64,000 bases of DNA from an uncultured Gammaproteobacteria bacterium (lineage in GTDB: Bacteria > Patescibacteriota > Microgenomatia > Levybacterales > UBA12049): contig CAZIDK010000001.1 in the NCBI GenBank assembly GCA_964537895.1, forward strand, positions 51,229 through 115,228, read 5' to 3'. Every line of letters begins with the position of its first letter. The first letter of the stretch is position 1. Shown in pieces: positions 51,098-61,960 of the stretch. The position numbers and the translations under genes are program-made. The notes beneath the pieces were generated by a model that was not told where the DNA came from, did not search any database, and was given only the letters and a program-made list of their open reading frames with translations.

Positions 51098-52606
51098 TTA
51101 TCGATGGGATATTAACACATCTCCTATAGTAAAGTCAAGAAAAGGAGATAGTATTATTCCCGCTTCCTGACCTTTTTCTACTTTGGAGACCGTTTCCTTA
51201 CCTTGCCTTACGGAAGAAATATTAGCTTCACCAATTGCCTCATCTTTTCGCATAACCCTTACTTTGTCGCCCCTGGCGATTCTTCCGTCTAAAACCGTAA
51301 TGCCCAAAACTTCTGTTTTTTCAAAAGGAAAACGCGCCAAAACTTTTGCCGTACCAAAAACTTCTTCCTGTAAAGATAAAATTTTCCCATCCAAAAGATC
51401 TTGTATTTCATCCATCATTTCGTAGATAAGCAAGTAATTTTTTAAAAGAACTTTTTCCGTTGCGGCCAGTTTAACAACCTCGGGTTTAATTTTTATGTTA
51501 AAACCTAAAATAATTGCCCCGACGGATTTTGCAAATAAGACGTCGGACGTCTCTATGTCTCCTGTTTTTGTCATTGCAACCTTTATTCTTTCGGGAATTT
51601 TATTAACTATTGCCTCTAAAGATCCTTGGGAATCCGCACAAATAATAACCGACAAGACGTTTAGATCTACGTCTATATTTGGACCCAATTCCTTTATTTC
51701 CTCTATCTCTGTTTCTATTCCTTGCCCTTCCGTAGCTTTAGCGGAGGAGGGTTCGACAACTTTTTCGCTCTTTTTAAAAACGACCTCTCCAACTTTTGGA
51801 ACTTCTTCAAATCCTAAAATTTCAACCGCGTCGCCAACGGTTGCTTTTTCCAGCCTTTCCCCTAAATCGTTTATTATTGTTCTAACACGGCCGGAAACAC
51901 TGTCGCAGACTATTTCATCACGTAATAAAATAGTTCCATTTTTAACAATAACTGTTGCTCTGGGGCCGGATTTTTGATCAAGTTTTGATTCAATAACTAC
52001 TGCCGAAAAAGGATTATCTTTTGAAAACTTATAAAATCCCGAGTGTTTTTTCATATCAAAAACAAGCAGGATAAGTTCTAAGAGTTCTTTTATATTTATA
52101 TTTGTTTTCGCGGAAACTTCAATTACGGGAATATCTCCGCCGTAATTTTCCAAAAGAACTTCTTCTTTTAAAAGCTGCTGTTTTGCTTTTTCCGGATTTT
52201 TATTTGGATCGTCCGATTTTGATAAAACTACAATAAAGGGAATTTTTGAATCTTGCAAAAGCTTTATACTTTCTTTAGTTTGCGGCTTGACTCCGTCGGC
52301 GGATGAAACAACCAAGAGGCCAATATCCGCAGCCTGAACTCCCCTTCCGCGCATTAAAGAAAAAGCTTCGTGTCCGGGAGTATCGATAAAAGTTATATTT
52401 CTTTTCTTTCCTTCGTGAGTTATTTCTACGGTTGATGCTCCAATTTTTTGCGTTATTCCACCGTGTTCACGAAGGGCAATCGTTGTTTTTCTTATTGTGT
52501 CTAAAAGAGTGGTTTTCCCGTGATCAACGTGGCCTAAAACCGCCACAACAGGAGGATAATTTATCTCAGTTGAACTTTGAGCGTTATTTTGTTTATTTTT
52601 TGCCAT
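51098..52606 (-). CDS. infB: Translation initiation factor IF-2, short form (G domain onward)
   Basis: [22 protein letters not shown] and SKSD motifs, then domains II/C1/C2. Only 502 aa; N-terminal domains absent. Confidence 0.9.
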   Translation of the reverse strand: MAKNKQNNAQSSTEINYPPVVAVLGHVDHGKTTLLDTIRKTTIALREHGGITQKIGASTVEITHEGKKRNITFIDTPGHEAFSLMRGRGVQAADIGLLVVSSADGVKPQTKESIKLLQDSKIPFIVVLSKSDDPNKNPEKAKQQLLKEEVLLENYGGDIPVIEVSAKTNINIKELLELILLVFDMKKHSGFYKFSKDNPFSAVVIESKLDQKSGPRATVIVKNGTILLRDEIVCDSVSGRVRTIINDLGERLEKATVGDAVEILGFEEVPKVGEVVFKKSEKVVEPSSAKATEGQGIETEIEEIKELGPNIDVDLNVLSVIICADSQGSLEAIVNKIPERIKVAMTKTGDIETSDVLFAKSVGAIILGFNIKIKPEVVKLAATEKVLLKNYLLIYEMMDEIQDLLDGKILSLQEEVFGTAKVLARFPFEKTEVLGITVLDGRIARGDKVRVMRKDEAIGEANISSVRQGKETVSKVEKGQEAGIILSPFLDFTIGDVLISHR

Positions 52607-52662
52607 AAATTTAATAAATTATGCGACAAGTATAAATTTTTTGAAAAAATATTATTCATATT

Positions 52663-53907
52663 TTAGCCTGCTTCACTTGTCTTATCTTCTTTAGTTTCTT
52701 TTACTTCTTTTCCGCCAGAGGCGGATTTCGGCTTACCCGCGTTTGACGCGGCTACGCTCAACTTTGCGGCTTTTTTAGGCTTTGTTGGTTTTGTTGCGGC
52801 TTTTTTTATTTTTTTAGGTTTTTTGACTTCTTCAACCGCTTCCTTCACGCCAGAGGCGGATTTCACTTTCGCCGAGTCTGACTCGGCTTCGTTCAACTTT
52901 TTCTCTTGTTCTTCGAGAGCAGATTCTCCTTCTATTTCAATCCTGTAGCCTGTTAACTTCGAGGCTAAGCGCACATTTTGTCCGTCTTTTCCTATTGCCA
53001 AGGAAAGTTCATCCGAAGGAACCGTAACTCGGGCTACTTTTTCTTTTTCATCAACTTCCAATTTAATATTTTTTGCGGGAGAAAGAGCTTGAACGATATA
53101 ATTTTTAGAATTTTCCTGCCATTGGATAATATCGATTTTTTCTAAACCCCCAAATTCCTGAATTATCGCCTGGATTCTTACCCCCCTTTGTCCAACACAA
53201 CTGCCAACGGGGTCAATCCCTGATTGATTTGAATAAACCGCTACCTTACTTCTATTTCCCGGCTCTCTGACAATCTGCTTTATCTCAACTGCGCCTTGGG
53301 AAACTTCGGGAACTTCTCTTTTGAATAATCCTTCCAAAAGACCGCTATGCGCTCTTGAAACAATTACTTCTTCGCCTTTTAATCCTTCCTTAATCTCTGC
53401 TAAGTAAACAGCCAATCTCTGATTTAAATGGTATTTTTCGTTTGGAATTTGTTCACTTGAAGGCATTACCGCTTCTGCTTTGCCAATATCTACAATAATA
53501 TTTGGTCCTGCAAACCGCAAAACCATACCGTTTACAATAGTTCCAATTCTAAGCTTGTAATCTGAAATAATTGCTTCTTTTTCTTTTTCTCTTATTTTTT
53601 GCAAAATTACCTGTTTTGCAGTTTGAGCGGCGATTCTTCCAAATCCCGGAGGCGTAACGTCTTTATTTTTATTGAAAATTTTTGCCTCACCCGTATTTGC
53701 GTCTAAAGTGGCTGAATATTCTTCCAGCTCCATTCCCGGGTGATCTTTTCTGTAAGCTGCCAAAATGGCGTTTTTTACCGTATCTAAAACAATAGCGGGA
53801 TCAAGGCCTCTTTCGTTTGAGACCTGATTTAGCGCTAATGCGAATTCACTTCTTTGTATTGCCGGCATAAGTCTGCTAAGTATACCATTTTCGAGGCTTT
53901 GCTTCAA
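52663..53907 (-). CDS. nusA: Transcription termination/antitermination factor NusA
   Basis: N-terminal domain, S1 and two KH domains, plus a Lys-rich C-terminal tail. 414 aa. Confidence 0.9.
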   Translation of the reverse strand: MKQSLENGILSRLMPAIQRSEFALALNQVSNERGLDPAIVLDTVKNAILAAYRKDHPGMELEEYSATLDANTGEAKIFNKNKDVTPPGFGRIAAQTAKQVILQKIREKEKEAIISDYKLRIGTIVNGMVLRFAGPNIIVDIGKAEAVMPSSEQIPNEKYHLNQRLAVYLAEIKEGLKGEEVIVSRAHSGLLEGLFKREVPEVSQGAVEIKQIVREPGNRSKVAVYSNQSGIDPVGSCVGQRGVRIQAIIQEFGGLEKIDIIQWQENSKNYIVQALSPAKNIKLEVDEKEKVARVTVPSDELSLAIGKDGQNVRLASKLTGYRIEIEGESALEEQEKKLNEAESDSAKVKSASGVKEAVEEVKKPKKIKKAATKPTKPKKAAKLSVAASNAGKPKSASGGKEVKETKEDKTSEAG

Positions 53908-53925
53908 TAAGTTAACTGGAGGGTA

Positions 53926-54444
53926 TTATTGCGGTTCTTGAGTTTCAACAATTGGATTAGATAACATACTGTCAACTTCTATTTCTGCTAGCTTTACTGC
54001 TTCAAGACCAAATATCAATCTTGATGACGAACGCAAGCCTATTTTATCTCCAGACTCATGTGAGATAACCGATATAAAGGGACGTGGGCAATATATGTGT
54101 GCATCTTTTGGATCATGAATAATTATTCTATCTTCTTTTGTTGTTATTGCCAATAACCAAGCGCCGGGAGTATCTTCAGAATGGCTATATTCTAAATGAG
54201 ATCCGTTTGGAAGAATTGTATCTATTTCCTCCTGTATATTTATACCAAGTGCGTCCAAAACCTTTGCTTTAAGTCTGGTTAGTGCATCTTCTATTTGTTT
54301 TTTTTTAGACCAATATTCTTCTGTAGCATTAGAATGAAACTCTTCATAAAGCCTGTCATATGCTAACCTTGTTTCTTCCGATGAATTAGGTCTTTCTGCT
54401 TTTGGCATGATGGAGATTATATTATTAAAATATTGTCTTGTCAA
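53926..54444 (-). CDS. Hypothetical protein in the position usually held by rimP
   Basis: 172 aa, no RimP-like sequence features. Immediately upstream of nusA. Confidence 0.4.
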   Translation of the reverse strand: MTRQYFNNIISIMPKAERPNSSEETRLAYDRLYEEFHSNATEEYWSKKKQIEDALTRLKAKVLDALGINIQEEIDTILPNGSHLEYSHSEDTPGAWLLAITTKEDRIIIHDPKDAHIYCPRPFISVISHESGDKIGLRSSSRLIFGLEAVKLAEIEVDSMLSNPIVETQEPQ

Positions 54445-54461
54445 TAATATAGGACTATTGA

Positions 54462-56825
54462 CTACTTATTTACTATTATCGTTCCTGAAGCATTAACGGT
54501 TACGGAAAGGTTGTCGCCTCTTTTTATCTCGTCTTTGAGCATTTTTTGGGCTATTAAGTCCTCAATATTGTCTTGAATAAATCTTTTAAGAGGCCTTGCG
54601 CCGAATTCCTTATCAAATCCTTCTTTTGCAATTTTTGTAATTATATTATCGTCAAAAACTATTTCTATGTCTTTATCTTTCAAATTATTTTGAAATTGAA
54701 CAAGCATTAATTTTGTAATCGCCAGGACTTCTTTTTCTGCCAAAGGCTTAAAAGTGACAATTTCGTCAAACCTGTTTAGAAGTTCGGGTTTAAAAATTCC
54801 CTGCTTCTGAAGATAATCCAAGAGATTGGTTTTGAAACTTTTATCGATTATTGAACCTTTTTGAATTTCTTCCCTGATAAATTCACTGCCCGCGTTTGAA
54901 GTTGCGATGATAATTGCGTTGGCAAAAGAAATTGTTTTCCCTTTGTTATCCGTAAGCCTGCCGTCGTCTAAGACCTGCAGGAATAAATCTAAGATTTTAG
55001 GGTCGGCTTTTTCAAATTCGTCTAACAGAACCAAAGAAAACGGATTATCATAAACTTTTTCTATCTCTCCTTTTTCACTTCCTTCTCCGGGCGTAGCGCC
55101 TAATAATCGTTTTATTCCTTCTTCTCCCTTGTATTCACTCATATCAAACCTTAACATTGCGTCTTCGGATTTAAAATATATTGCCGAGAGGGCTTTTGCG
55201 GTTTCTGTTTTTCCAACTCCGGTTGGCCCTAGAAAAAGAAATGAAATTGGTTTTTTCGATGTGTTTAGTCCCGTTCTTACTCTTCTTAACGCCTCCGAAA
55301 CCGCGGAAACCGCCTCTTCCTGATCAACAATTCTTTTATGAATTTCACTTTCTAAATTAAGCAACAATTCTTTTTCTGCCGCTTTCGGCTGACCAACGGG
55401 GATATTGGTTTTTCTTTCAACTTGAGTTAAAATATCCTGCTCTTTTACAATTTTTTTGCCAGAAAGTTTAACGTTATTGGCGGTATCTGTTAAAAGATCA
55501 ACGGCAGAACCCGGCAAAACTTTTTCCTTGCTATATTTTGATGAAAATTCAAAAGCCGCAACAATTGCCCTGTAAGTTAAAGACACATTAAATTCTTTTT
55601 CCAGCCAAAAAGCTTTTTTAAAAAGCATAAGTAGACTTGTATCTTTATCCGGCTCGTCAAATTTTACAATCTCAAAAACATCTAAAAGTGTATTTCTCGG
55701 TTCAACAAATTTTTTATAAACTTCGGGCGTTACCGTTCCGACAACCCTTAATACTCCTTTTTCAAGATATGGAATAAGAGCGCCGGAAAGGTCTATTGCA
55801 AAAGTAGAACCGCCTAAAATAGCTTCAAAATTGGGGATATGAATTATCACATTACCGGCATGGGAAATTTCCGCAATTAGTAAGTCCAAACGCTCTTGTA
55901 AGTCTCCCTGATTGGTTGTTCCGGCCAAAAACGCGTCGACCATAAGCTGAAAAAATTTCTGGTGATAAAGATTTCCCTTTAAATTTCCGGCAAAACTTTC
56001 ATAAGCTAAATCTTCAATAACGGATTCTTTACCGCTTCCGGTCTCTCCTACCAAAATAATGCTCGTTCCTTTATATAACGCTTCTACTGTTTGGTTATAT
56101 TCGTCTTCTCTTCCTAAAGACATCGGTTTACGGCTTAAAACTGCGGGGGTTAAGTCAATCATGTATTTTTTTGTTTCTATGGTCCACCCAAACACCCATT
56201 CTTCGGCAAGTCCTTCTCCTGCAAAATTTACGCTTAAAGATTTTGGATTTTCTTCCGTCTCAAATCCTGTTCTTGTCCAATATAAAATATGTATCATTTC
56301 TTCTTTTTTAAGTTTTTTATTAAATAAAAGCTTTGTTTTATCCTCCGTTAAAAGAAGATAAGCCGCAAAAATATCCATTGTTGTAACATATTTTCCCTTT
56401 AAGGTTTTTGAGAGCTCAAGAGCATAATTTGCCAAATCCTGTTTTTCAATCTCAATAAATTGAATTTCTTTTATCAAAACGTCTGCTTTTTCCAGCATAA
56501 AAGCAACGGACGGCTTATGCATAAGGCTTTTTATAACATCAGCTGTCTTATCTTTACTGCCAAAAATACTTAAAGCTTCCAAGGTAAATGCGTCTAATGC
56601 GACTTTTGTTTCTAAAACTATGGATCTTGGACTTTGTTTTGAGATTTTAAATTTGAAAAAAACTTCAAACATTAAAAACACGGAGAAAGCGAAAACAAAT
56701 AGCTTTAAATTAATCCCGTTTTGATATGAAAACAAAATAAGTAAAGTTAAGACCAAAAATATGCCCAGTCTTAAAATTTTTATTAAAAACATGTTGTAAA
56801 AATAATAAAGTTTAGCGTTTGTCAT
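54462..56825 (-). CDS. Membrane-anchored Clp/Hsp100-family ATPase with a degenerate first nucleotide-binding domain
   Basis: Two N-terminal TM helices. The D1 Walker A is GETGSGKES (Ser/Thr replaced by Glu) and the Walker B region is IIHIPNFE (DE lost). D2 is canonical ([19 protein letters not shown], sensor and arginine-finger motifs). Confidence 0.7.
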   Translation of the reverse strand: MTNAKLYYFYNMFLIKILRLGIFLVLTLLILFSYQNGINLKLFVFAFSVFLMFEVFFKFKISKQSPRSIVLETKVALDAFTLEALSIFGSKDKTADVIKSLMHKPSVAFMLEKADVLIKEIQFIEIEKQDLANYALELSKTLKGKYVTTMDIFAAYLLLTEDKTKLLFNKKLKKEEMIHILYWTRTGFETEENPKSLSVNFAGEGLAEEWVFGWTIETKKYMIDLTPAVLSRKPMSLGREDEYNQTVEALYKGTSIILVGETGSGKESVIEDLAYESFAGNLKGNLYHQKFFQLMVDAFLAGTTNQGDLQERLDLLIAEISHAGNVIIHIPNFEAILGGSTFAIDLSGALIPYLEKGVLRVVGTVTPEVYKKFVEPRNTLLDVFEIVKFDEPDKDTSLLMLFKKAFWLEKEFNVSLTYRAIVAAFEFSSKYSKEKVLPGSAVDLLTDTANNVKLSGKKIVKEQDILTQVERKTNIPVGQPKAAEKELLLNLESEIHKRIVDQEEAVSAVSEALRRVRTGLNTSKKPISFLFLGPTGVGKTETAKALSAIYFKSEDAMLRFDMSEYKGEEGIKRLLGATPGEGSEKGEIEKVYDNPFSLVLLDEFEKADPKILDLFLQVLDDGRLTDNKGKTISFANAIIIATSNAGSEFIREEIQKGSIIDKSFKTNLLDYLQKQGIFKPELLNRFDEIVTFKPLAEKEVLAITKLMLVQFQNNLKDKDIEIVFDDNIITKIAKEGFDKEFGARPLKRFIQDNIEDLIAQKMLKDEIKRGDNLSVTVNASGTIIVNK

Positions 56826-57155
56826 TTAAATAAATAGCAAATAAATTGTGGCAAAAGGCCAAAAAATAAACATAAGAAAAAAAGCCAATTCGATAATTAA
56901 AAGACATAAAAACAAAAGTAGATCGGCAAGAATTACAAAAGTTTTAATAAATATTCCCATCGCAATAGAAAAACCAACCAAACCTTGCCTATATTCATTT
57001 TTCCAAGGTTTAAAGTATGTTTTTACAAGAAGAGGGAGAGAAAAAAGCTGAAGAAATGCCTTATTTAAAGAAAGAGAAAAAGAGAGTATTGAAACCGGAG
57101 CTTCAAAAAACCAAAATCTTAAAAAAATAACGGGCAGTAAAAATAAACCGGTCAT
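56826..57155 (-). CDS. Small membrane protein
   Basis: Highly hydrophobic 109-aa ORF directly upstream of, and abutting, the Clp-like gene. Confidence 0.35.
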   Translation of the reverse strand: MTGLFLLPVIFLRFWFFEAPVSILSFSLSLNKAFLQLFSLPLLVKTYFKPWKNEYRQGLVGFSIAMGIFIKTFVILADLLLFLCLLIIELAFFLMFIFWPFATIYLLFI

Positions 57156-57307
57156 AAGGTTTACCCTTCCGAAGCTTTCTTGTCCTTCGAAGTTTTAACG
57201 AAGGAGGAATGCGTAGGAGGGCAGTTTACCCTGTACCCAAAGTGGTTCAGGGTTAATTTAAGTTTAAGTAATTAAAGACGAAATTGCAAAGATTAGATTT
57301 GGCGGGA

Positions 57308-57380
57308 TTTACCCCGTCAAATAATTTTAAATTACTATTTAAAATTAAGATTTGTTCAAATCTTATTTGACGGGGTAAAT
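57308..57380. repeat. Long inverted repeat: 17-bp perfect arms TTTACCCCGTCAAATAA / TTATTTGACGGGGTAAA with a structured loop
   Basis: Arms at 57308-57324 and 57364-57380. The loop holds a second inverted repeat, AAGATTTG-ttc-AAATCTT. Located just downstream of the 57381-59168 gene. Confidence 0.6.
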
Positions 57381-59168
57381 TTAATTGGGGGTACATTTAA
57401 GAACGCACATTTGAATTGAGTTTTTTCCAGAGTTACAGCTGGCTGGATCAAAAACGCAGTTATAGGTTGGCGCAGAGCTTGGGGTTGGGGATGGCGACGC
57501 GGCAGGCGTTGGAGTTGCCGACGCGCTTGGGATAGGCGTTGGCGTTGAGGAAGGGTTTGTGCCTGTTATAGTAATTATGGCCGGGTTAGCAGAAGACAAA
57601 ACATTTTGATTAAAATAATCTGTCGAGGCTGTAGAAAGAGCTTGAGATTGTTGGAGATTTACGCTAACCTGTGTTGTTCCGGGATTGGTTGGGGCGATTG
57701 CCTGAAAGGTTACTGTTGCTATCTTTGCCGAAGTCCGAATTACACTTTGCAGACTTCCCCCGACAGAAAGAGTAACCGAAATTGTTCCGGAACTATAAAT
57801 CGGCCCTTGTAAAACAAGCGGAAAAGCAAGTACGTTTGGACAAAACGCATCTGTAGGTTTTGCAGGGCAAATTGCCGGGCCGGCGGGCAATACCGAAAGC
57901 TTAGTCGGATCATAATTTATGACTAATTTTGTAAAAGAAACCTCATTTGTTCCCGGATTAAGCATGATATCTAAATTTACAGTGTCATTAACAATAACCG
58001 TTTGAGGAGTAGGGTTAAAGTTAATGCTCGTGGATGGGCTAACGTTAACAGCAGCTCCTATTGGACAGGGTTTATAATTAGGCAGAATGTTGTTTGTTAT
58101 CCAAGCCTGTTCAGTCTGATCAAATTGATTGGGAGCGCAACCGATAGCGCTCATTATCGTGTCTGAAGTCCCGCCGCTTATAATATTCTTATTATTTACT
58201 GCCTGGCAAGTAAGCGGAAAGGGTGCATATTGTCCCTGATTTGAACATCCTTGGAAAACACCGGCTGAACCTGCACCGGTCCAAAAAGGTTCTCCTTCCG
58301 GATTTGTCGAACAGTTACTCAACGGCTCTCCCGGCGCTATCAGCGCATAGTTTGGGTCGCTGCTCACATACCTATCCCAAAGATAGCCTACCGCATGTCC
58401 CCCCAGCTCATGAGACGCTGCAGCAAAGGGTTTTCCGCTGGTTGGTCCTGGACCGGAATAAACATAATTTGTGTAAATTATTACGTCTCCGCCAATACCG
58501 TTCACAAGCCCGGCAACTCCTCCATCTACAGTTAAGGCATTAGGATTATCAACCAAGACAATAAATTTTTGCGCATTGGGGAAATATCTTAAACCCGCAT
58601 TTTTAATGATTCCTGACAAATTGTTTATACACGAAGCAATACCCGAGCTGGCGCAGCCAAAATCTTGCCGAGTGTCAACTTCCTTAAAATCAAAAATACT
58701 GGGGTTTGTATTATAAGGAGGTGTTGTATTGTATAGATTCTTAAGATATGACACATCATTCTTGAACTGATATGTGTTTGCATAATTATCATTTATAAAA
58801 ACCGTGGTAATGGGTCCGCAGGAAACACTTTGCCCTTGCGCCTGCGCACTTTCGATAAAACCCACAGCAGCAGATTTTGGAAGATTTAGCTGTAAAACAG
58901 CATTATTGTTTTTTAATATGGTCATTTTCGATGCGTCTTTTTGATAGGGAACAAAAATAACGCTTTTAATATCGGTTGGCAGAAACAAGGGACTGTCCGG
59001 AGCGCTCAGAAAAAGAGAATACAGTATTTTCTCGGTAATATGTACTTTTTCCGCAAAAATAACATTTCCATTTTTACCCAAAACCTCTAACTTATAAGGC
59101 GAGTACAAAGCGTTTCTTTTATCGGGAACGGTTTTCCTGTTTATAACCGTTAATTTTTCAAGAGACAA
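57381..59168 (-). CDS. Secreted protein with an HExxH metalloprotease-like motif and a Pro/Thr/Ser-rich C-terminal linker
   Basis: HELGGHAVGY (HExxH); C-terminal TPTPIPSASATPTPAASPSPTPSSAP followed by a Cys-containing tail. 595 aa. Confidence 0.5.
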   Translation of the reverse strand: MSLEKLTVINRKTVPDKRNALYSPYKLEVLGKNGNVIFAEKVHITEKILYSLFLSAPDSPLFLPTDIKSVIFVPYQKDASKMTILKNNNAVLQLNLPKSAAVGFIESAQAQGQSVSCGPITTVFINDNYANTYQFKNDVSYLKNLYNTTPPYNTNPSIFDFKEVDTRQDFGCASSGIASCINNLSGIIKNAGLRYFPNAQKFIVLVDNPNALTVDGGVAGLVNGIGGDVIIYTNYVYSGPGPTSGKPFAAASHELGGHAVGYLWDRYVSSDPNYALIAPGEPLSNCSTNPEGEPFWTGAGSAGVFQGCSNQGQYAPFPLTCQAVNNKNIISGGTSDTIMSAIGCAPNQFDQTEQAWITNNILPNYKPCPIGAAVNVSPSTSINFNPTPQTVIVNDTVNLDIMLNPGTNEVSFTKLVINYDPTKLSVLPAGPAICPAKPTDAFCPNVLAFPLVLQGPIYSSGTISVTLSVGGSLQSVIRTSAKIATVTFQAIAPTNPGTTQVSVNLQQSQALSTASTDYFNQNVLSSANPAIITITGTNPSSTPTPIPSASATPTPAASPSPTPSSAPTYNCVFDPASCNSGKNSIQMCVLKCTPN

Positions 59169-59352
59169 TTTCTTTGCATCGTTATTGTAAATTAATTCTA
59201 TCTGCCAAGTTTTATCAAGCTCCTGCGGGACTTTACTGCTTTTAATTATAAAAAAAATGCTGATGAAAAAAGAGCAATAATTAATAACCCTGCTAAGAGA
59301 AAAGTCTTTTTTCTGAAAAGATTTGCAAGTTTTAATTTTATCCCCCGAAGGT

Positions 59353-61959
59353 TCATATCAACGTGCCGGAACCCGATGCATTAGGCTGCATTTGCGTTGC
59401 TTGTCCGCCGTCCGTAGCTTGGCCAATATCTTGATTTTGAGTAGGATTTTGTCCTATTACAGGATTTATTCCGTTTAAAGAATTATCTAAGTTTTGGCCG
59501 TTGGAAACATTATTTTGAGAATTTTGCGCCGCTTGGCTAAGCGGAGCTTTTGCAAAAGTAAATTCGTCTTTTTTCGTATCGTAGCCAACGATAATTTTAT
59601 CTCCTTTTACAAAGGTTTTATTGATGATTAAAACGGCAATTGGATTTTCAATTCCGGTTTGAATAAGTCTTCGTAAAGGCCTTGCTCCGTACTGGGGATC
59701 GTAGCCTTCTTTTGCAAGCTCGGCTAAACCTTCCTCTGTAATCTCCAAACCAATTTCCTGAGCAAGGAGTAACTTTTTGGTTGCCCCGATTCCCAATTTT
59801 GCAACCGCCATCATATCTTTTTGCGCAAGAGGTTCAAAAATTATAACTCCGTCAAAGCGGTTTAAAAGTTCCGGCTTAAAGAACCTTCTTAACTCGCCGA
59901 CGAGAATTTTTGAAAGTTCGTCAAATTTTTTCTTTTCCAACTCTTCGTTTTGTGTGCCTGTTTTCTGTTCATCAGCCAGGTTTTGGGAAAGCTGTTGCTG
60001 GATTAATGTGCTTCCGATATTTGAAGTCGCTATTACAATAGTATTTTTAAACGAAATTGTATTTCCTTTGTTATCCGTAAGCCTTCCGTCTTCAAGAAGC
60101 TGAAGTAAAATATTAAAAACGTCAGGATGCGCTTTTTCTATCTCATCCAAAAGAACGATTGAGTATGGCTTTATTCTGACTGCCTCTGTTAACTGTCCGC
60201 CTTCTTCATATCCGACATAACCCGGAGGCGCCCCGATTAATTTTGCAACTTCATGTTTTTCCATATATTCACTCATATCGAGCCTGATCATTGCTTCTTC
60301 TTTACCAAAAAGTATAGAGGCGAGAGTTTTTGCAAGTTCGGTTTTTCCAACACCCGTAGGGCCTAAAAAAATAAACGAGGCAATGGGCCTGTTGGCATTA
60401 GACAAACCTATTCGTCCGCGTCTTACAGCTTGCGCAACGGTTGAAACCGCAGCTTCCTGACCAATAAGTCTTTTGTGAATAAAGTCTTCCAAATGTAAAA
60501 GTTTTTCGCTTTCGTTTTCGGTTAATTTGGTTATTGGAATTCCGGTCCAGCTTGAAACAATTTTTTGTATATCCTCTTCTTTTACAGAAGCTTCTTGTCT
60601 TTTACCCTCGTTTTGCTCCAAACGAACCTCTGCCCCGGCTTCATCTAATAAATCTACCGCTTTATCCGGCAAGTATCTTTCCCCAATATAGCGTTTAGAT
60701 AATTTTACCGCAGACTCGATAGCTTCGGGTGTTATAACTACTTTGTGGAAATTTTCATACCTTAGCTTAAGCACGTTAAGCATCCCTATTGCCGCCTCTT
60801 CACTAGGCTCTTCAACAATAACAGGCTGGAATCTTCTTTCAAAAGCTTTATCTTTTTCAAAATGCTTTCTATATTCCATTGTGGTTGTTGTACCTATTAG
60901 CTGAAGCTTTCCCCTTGCCAAAAACGGTTTAATAATATTTGATGCGTCCAGCGCCCCTTGGGTGTCTCCTGCTCCTATTAATGTGTGAATCTCATCGATA
61001 AAAAGTATTATGTTGCCGGCAACCTGGGTTTCCTTGATTACGCTTCTTAATCTTTCTTCAAATTCACCTCTGTGCGAAGCTCCCGCAACCATAGAAGATA
61101 AATCAAGCTGAATAATTTTCTTACTTTGCAAATCCTTAGGCGCTTTCCCCAAAGCTATAGCTTGCGCCAAGCCTTCTACAATCGCAGTCTTGCCAACTCC
61201 TGCTTCGCCGATTATAACCGGGTTGTTTTTTGTTCTTCGCAAAAGGATGTGAACTACCCTTTCAACCTCTCTATCTCGTCCAAAAATAGGATCAAGCTCA
61301 CCTTTTTTTGCTTGTTCCGTTAAATCAATTCCATACTCTTCGAGCGCTGATTTTTTACCGTATGTAAAACTTGAAGATTTGGAAAGCTCCGCCTCAATTT
61401 TTTCTTTTTCCAAACCTTGAGATTTTAAAAGAGCAGAAACCGCAACATTTTGTTCAAAAATAGCAATCAGTAGGTCTTCCGGGCTTATAAACTCAACGCC
61501 CCTTTCTTTAACCATTGAATATGCTTTTTCAAGAATATGTTTTGACGAATCGCTTAAAGCGGGATTTCCCTCAAATGTACCCATTGTTTCTTTTGCCGTA
61601 AGCTCGCGTGATAAACCGGCAACGTCAACCGAAAACTTTGACAAGAGCGCAAAAATATCTCCGTCAAAAGTAAGACCGATAAGAAGCTGTTCCGGTTCTA
61701 TTAATTCTTGTTTTATTCTTTTTGTTTCTTTTTCCGCTTGGCTAACTACCTGTACGGCTCTTGTGTCAAGATGCGACAGGATAGATAAATCCTGCCTAAC
61801 AACAGGCTTCATGGAAGAACCAATAATTTCGTCCGTAGCCTGCGGCTGAAAAACATTTTGATCGGGAGAAGGAAAAACCACAGGAGTTTGATTGGCAGCC
61901 GGTGCCTGGTTATTTGAATTTTCGGAGTATTTTTTTGATGTAAATAAATTTCCTAACAT
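59353..61959 (-). CDS. clpC: ATP-dependent Clp protease ATP-binding subunit (ClpC/ClpB family)
   Basis: Two canonical AAA+ modules (GEAGVGKTA / FIDEIH; [10 protein letters not shown] / LLDEIEKAH) and N-terminal Clp repeats. An N-terminal and a Q/N-rich C-terminal low-complexity extension. 868 aa. Confidence 0.85.
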   Translation of the reverse strand: MLGNLFTSKKYSENSNNQAPAANQTPVVFPSPDQNVFQPQATDEIIGSSMKPVVRQDLSILSHLDTRAVQVVSQAEKETKRIKQELIEPEQLLIGLTFDGDIFALLSKFSVDVAGLSRELTAKETMGTFEGNPALSDSSKHILEKAYSMVKERGVEFISPEDLLIAIFEQNVAVSALLKSQGLEKEKIEAELSKSSSFTYGKKSALEEYGIDLTEQAKKGELDPIFGRDREVERVVHILLRRTKNNPVIIGEAGVGKTAIVEGLAQAIALGKAPKDLQSKKIIQLDLSSMVAGASHRGEFEERLRSVIKETQVAGNIILFIDEIHTLIGAGDTQGALDASNIIKPFLARGKLQLIGTTTTMEYRKHFEKDKAFERRFQPVIVEEPSEEAAIGMLNVLKLRYENFHKVVITPEAIESAVKLSKRYIGERYLPDKAVDLLDEAGAEVRLEQNEGKRQEASVKEEDIQKIVSSWTGIPITKLTENESEKLLHLEDFIHKRLIGQEAAVSTVAQAVRRGRIGLSNANRPIASFIFLGPTGVGKTELAKTLASILFGKEEAMIRLDMSEYMEKHEVAKLIGAPPGYVGYEEGGQLTEAVRIKPYSIVLLDEIEKAHPDVFNILLQLLEDGRLTDNKGNTISFKNTIVIATSNIGSTLIQQQLSQNLADEQKTGTQNEELEKKKFDELSKILVGELRRFFKPELLNRFDGVIIFEPLAQKDMMAVAKLGIGATKKLLLAQEIGLEITEEGLAELAKEGYDPQYGARPLRRLIQTGIENPIAVLIINKTFVKGDKIIVGYDTKKDEFTFAKAPLSQAAQNSQNNVSNGQNLDNSLNGINPVIGQNPTQNQDIGQATDGGQATQMQPNASGSGTLI

Positions 61960-61960
61960 A

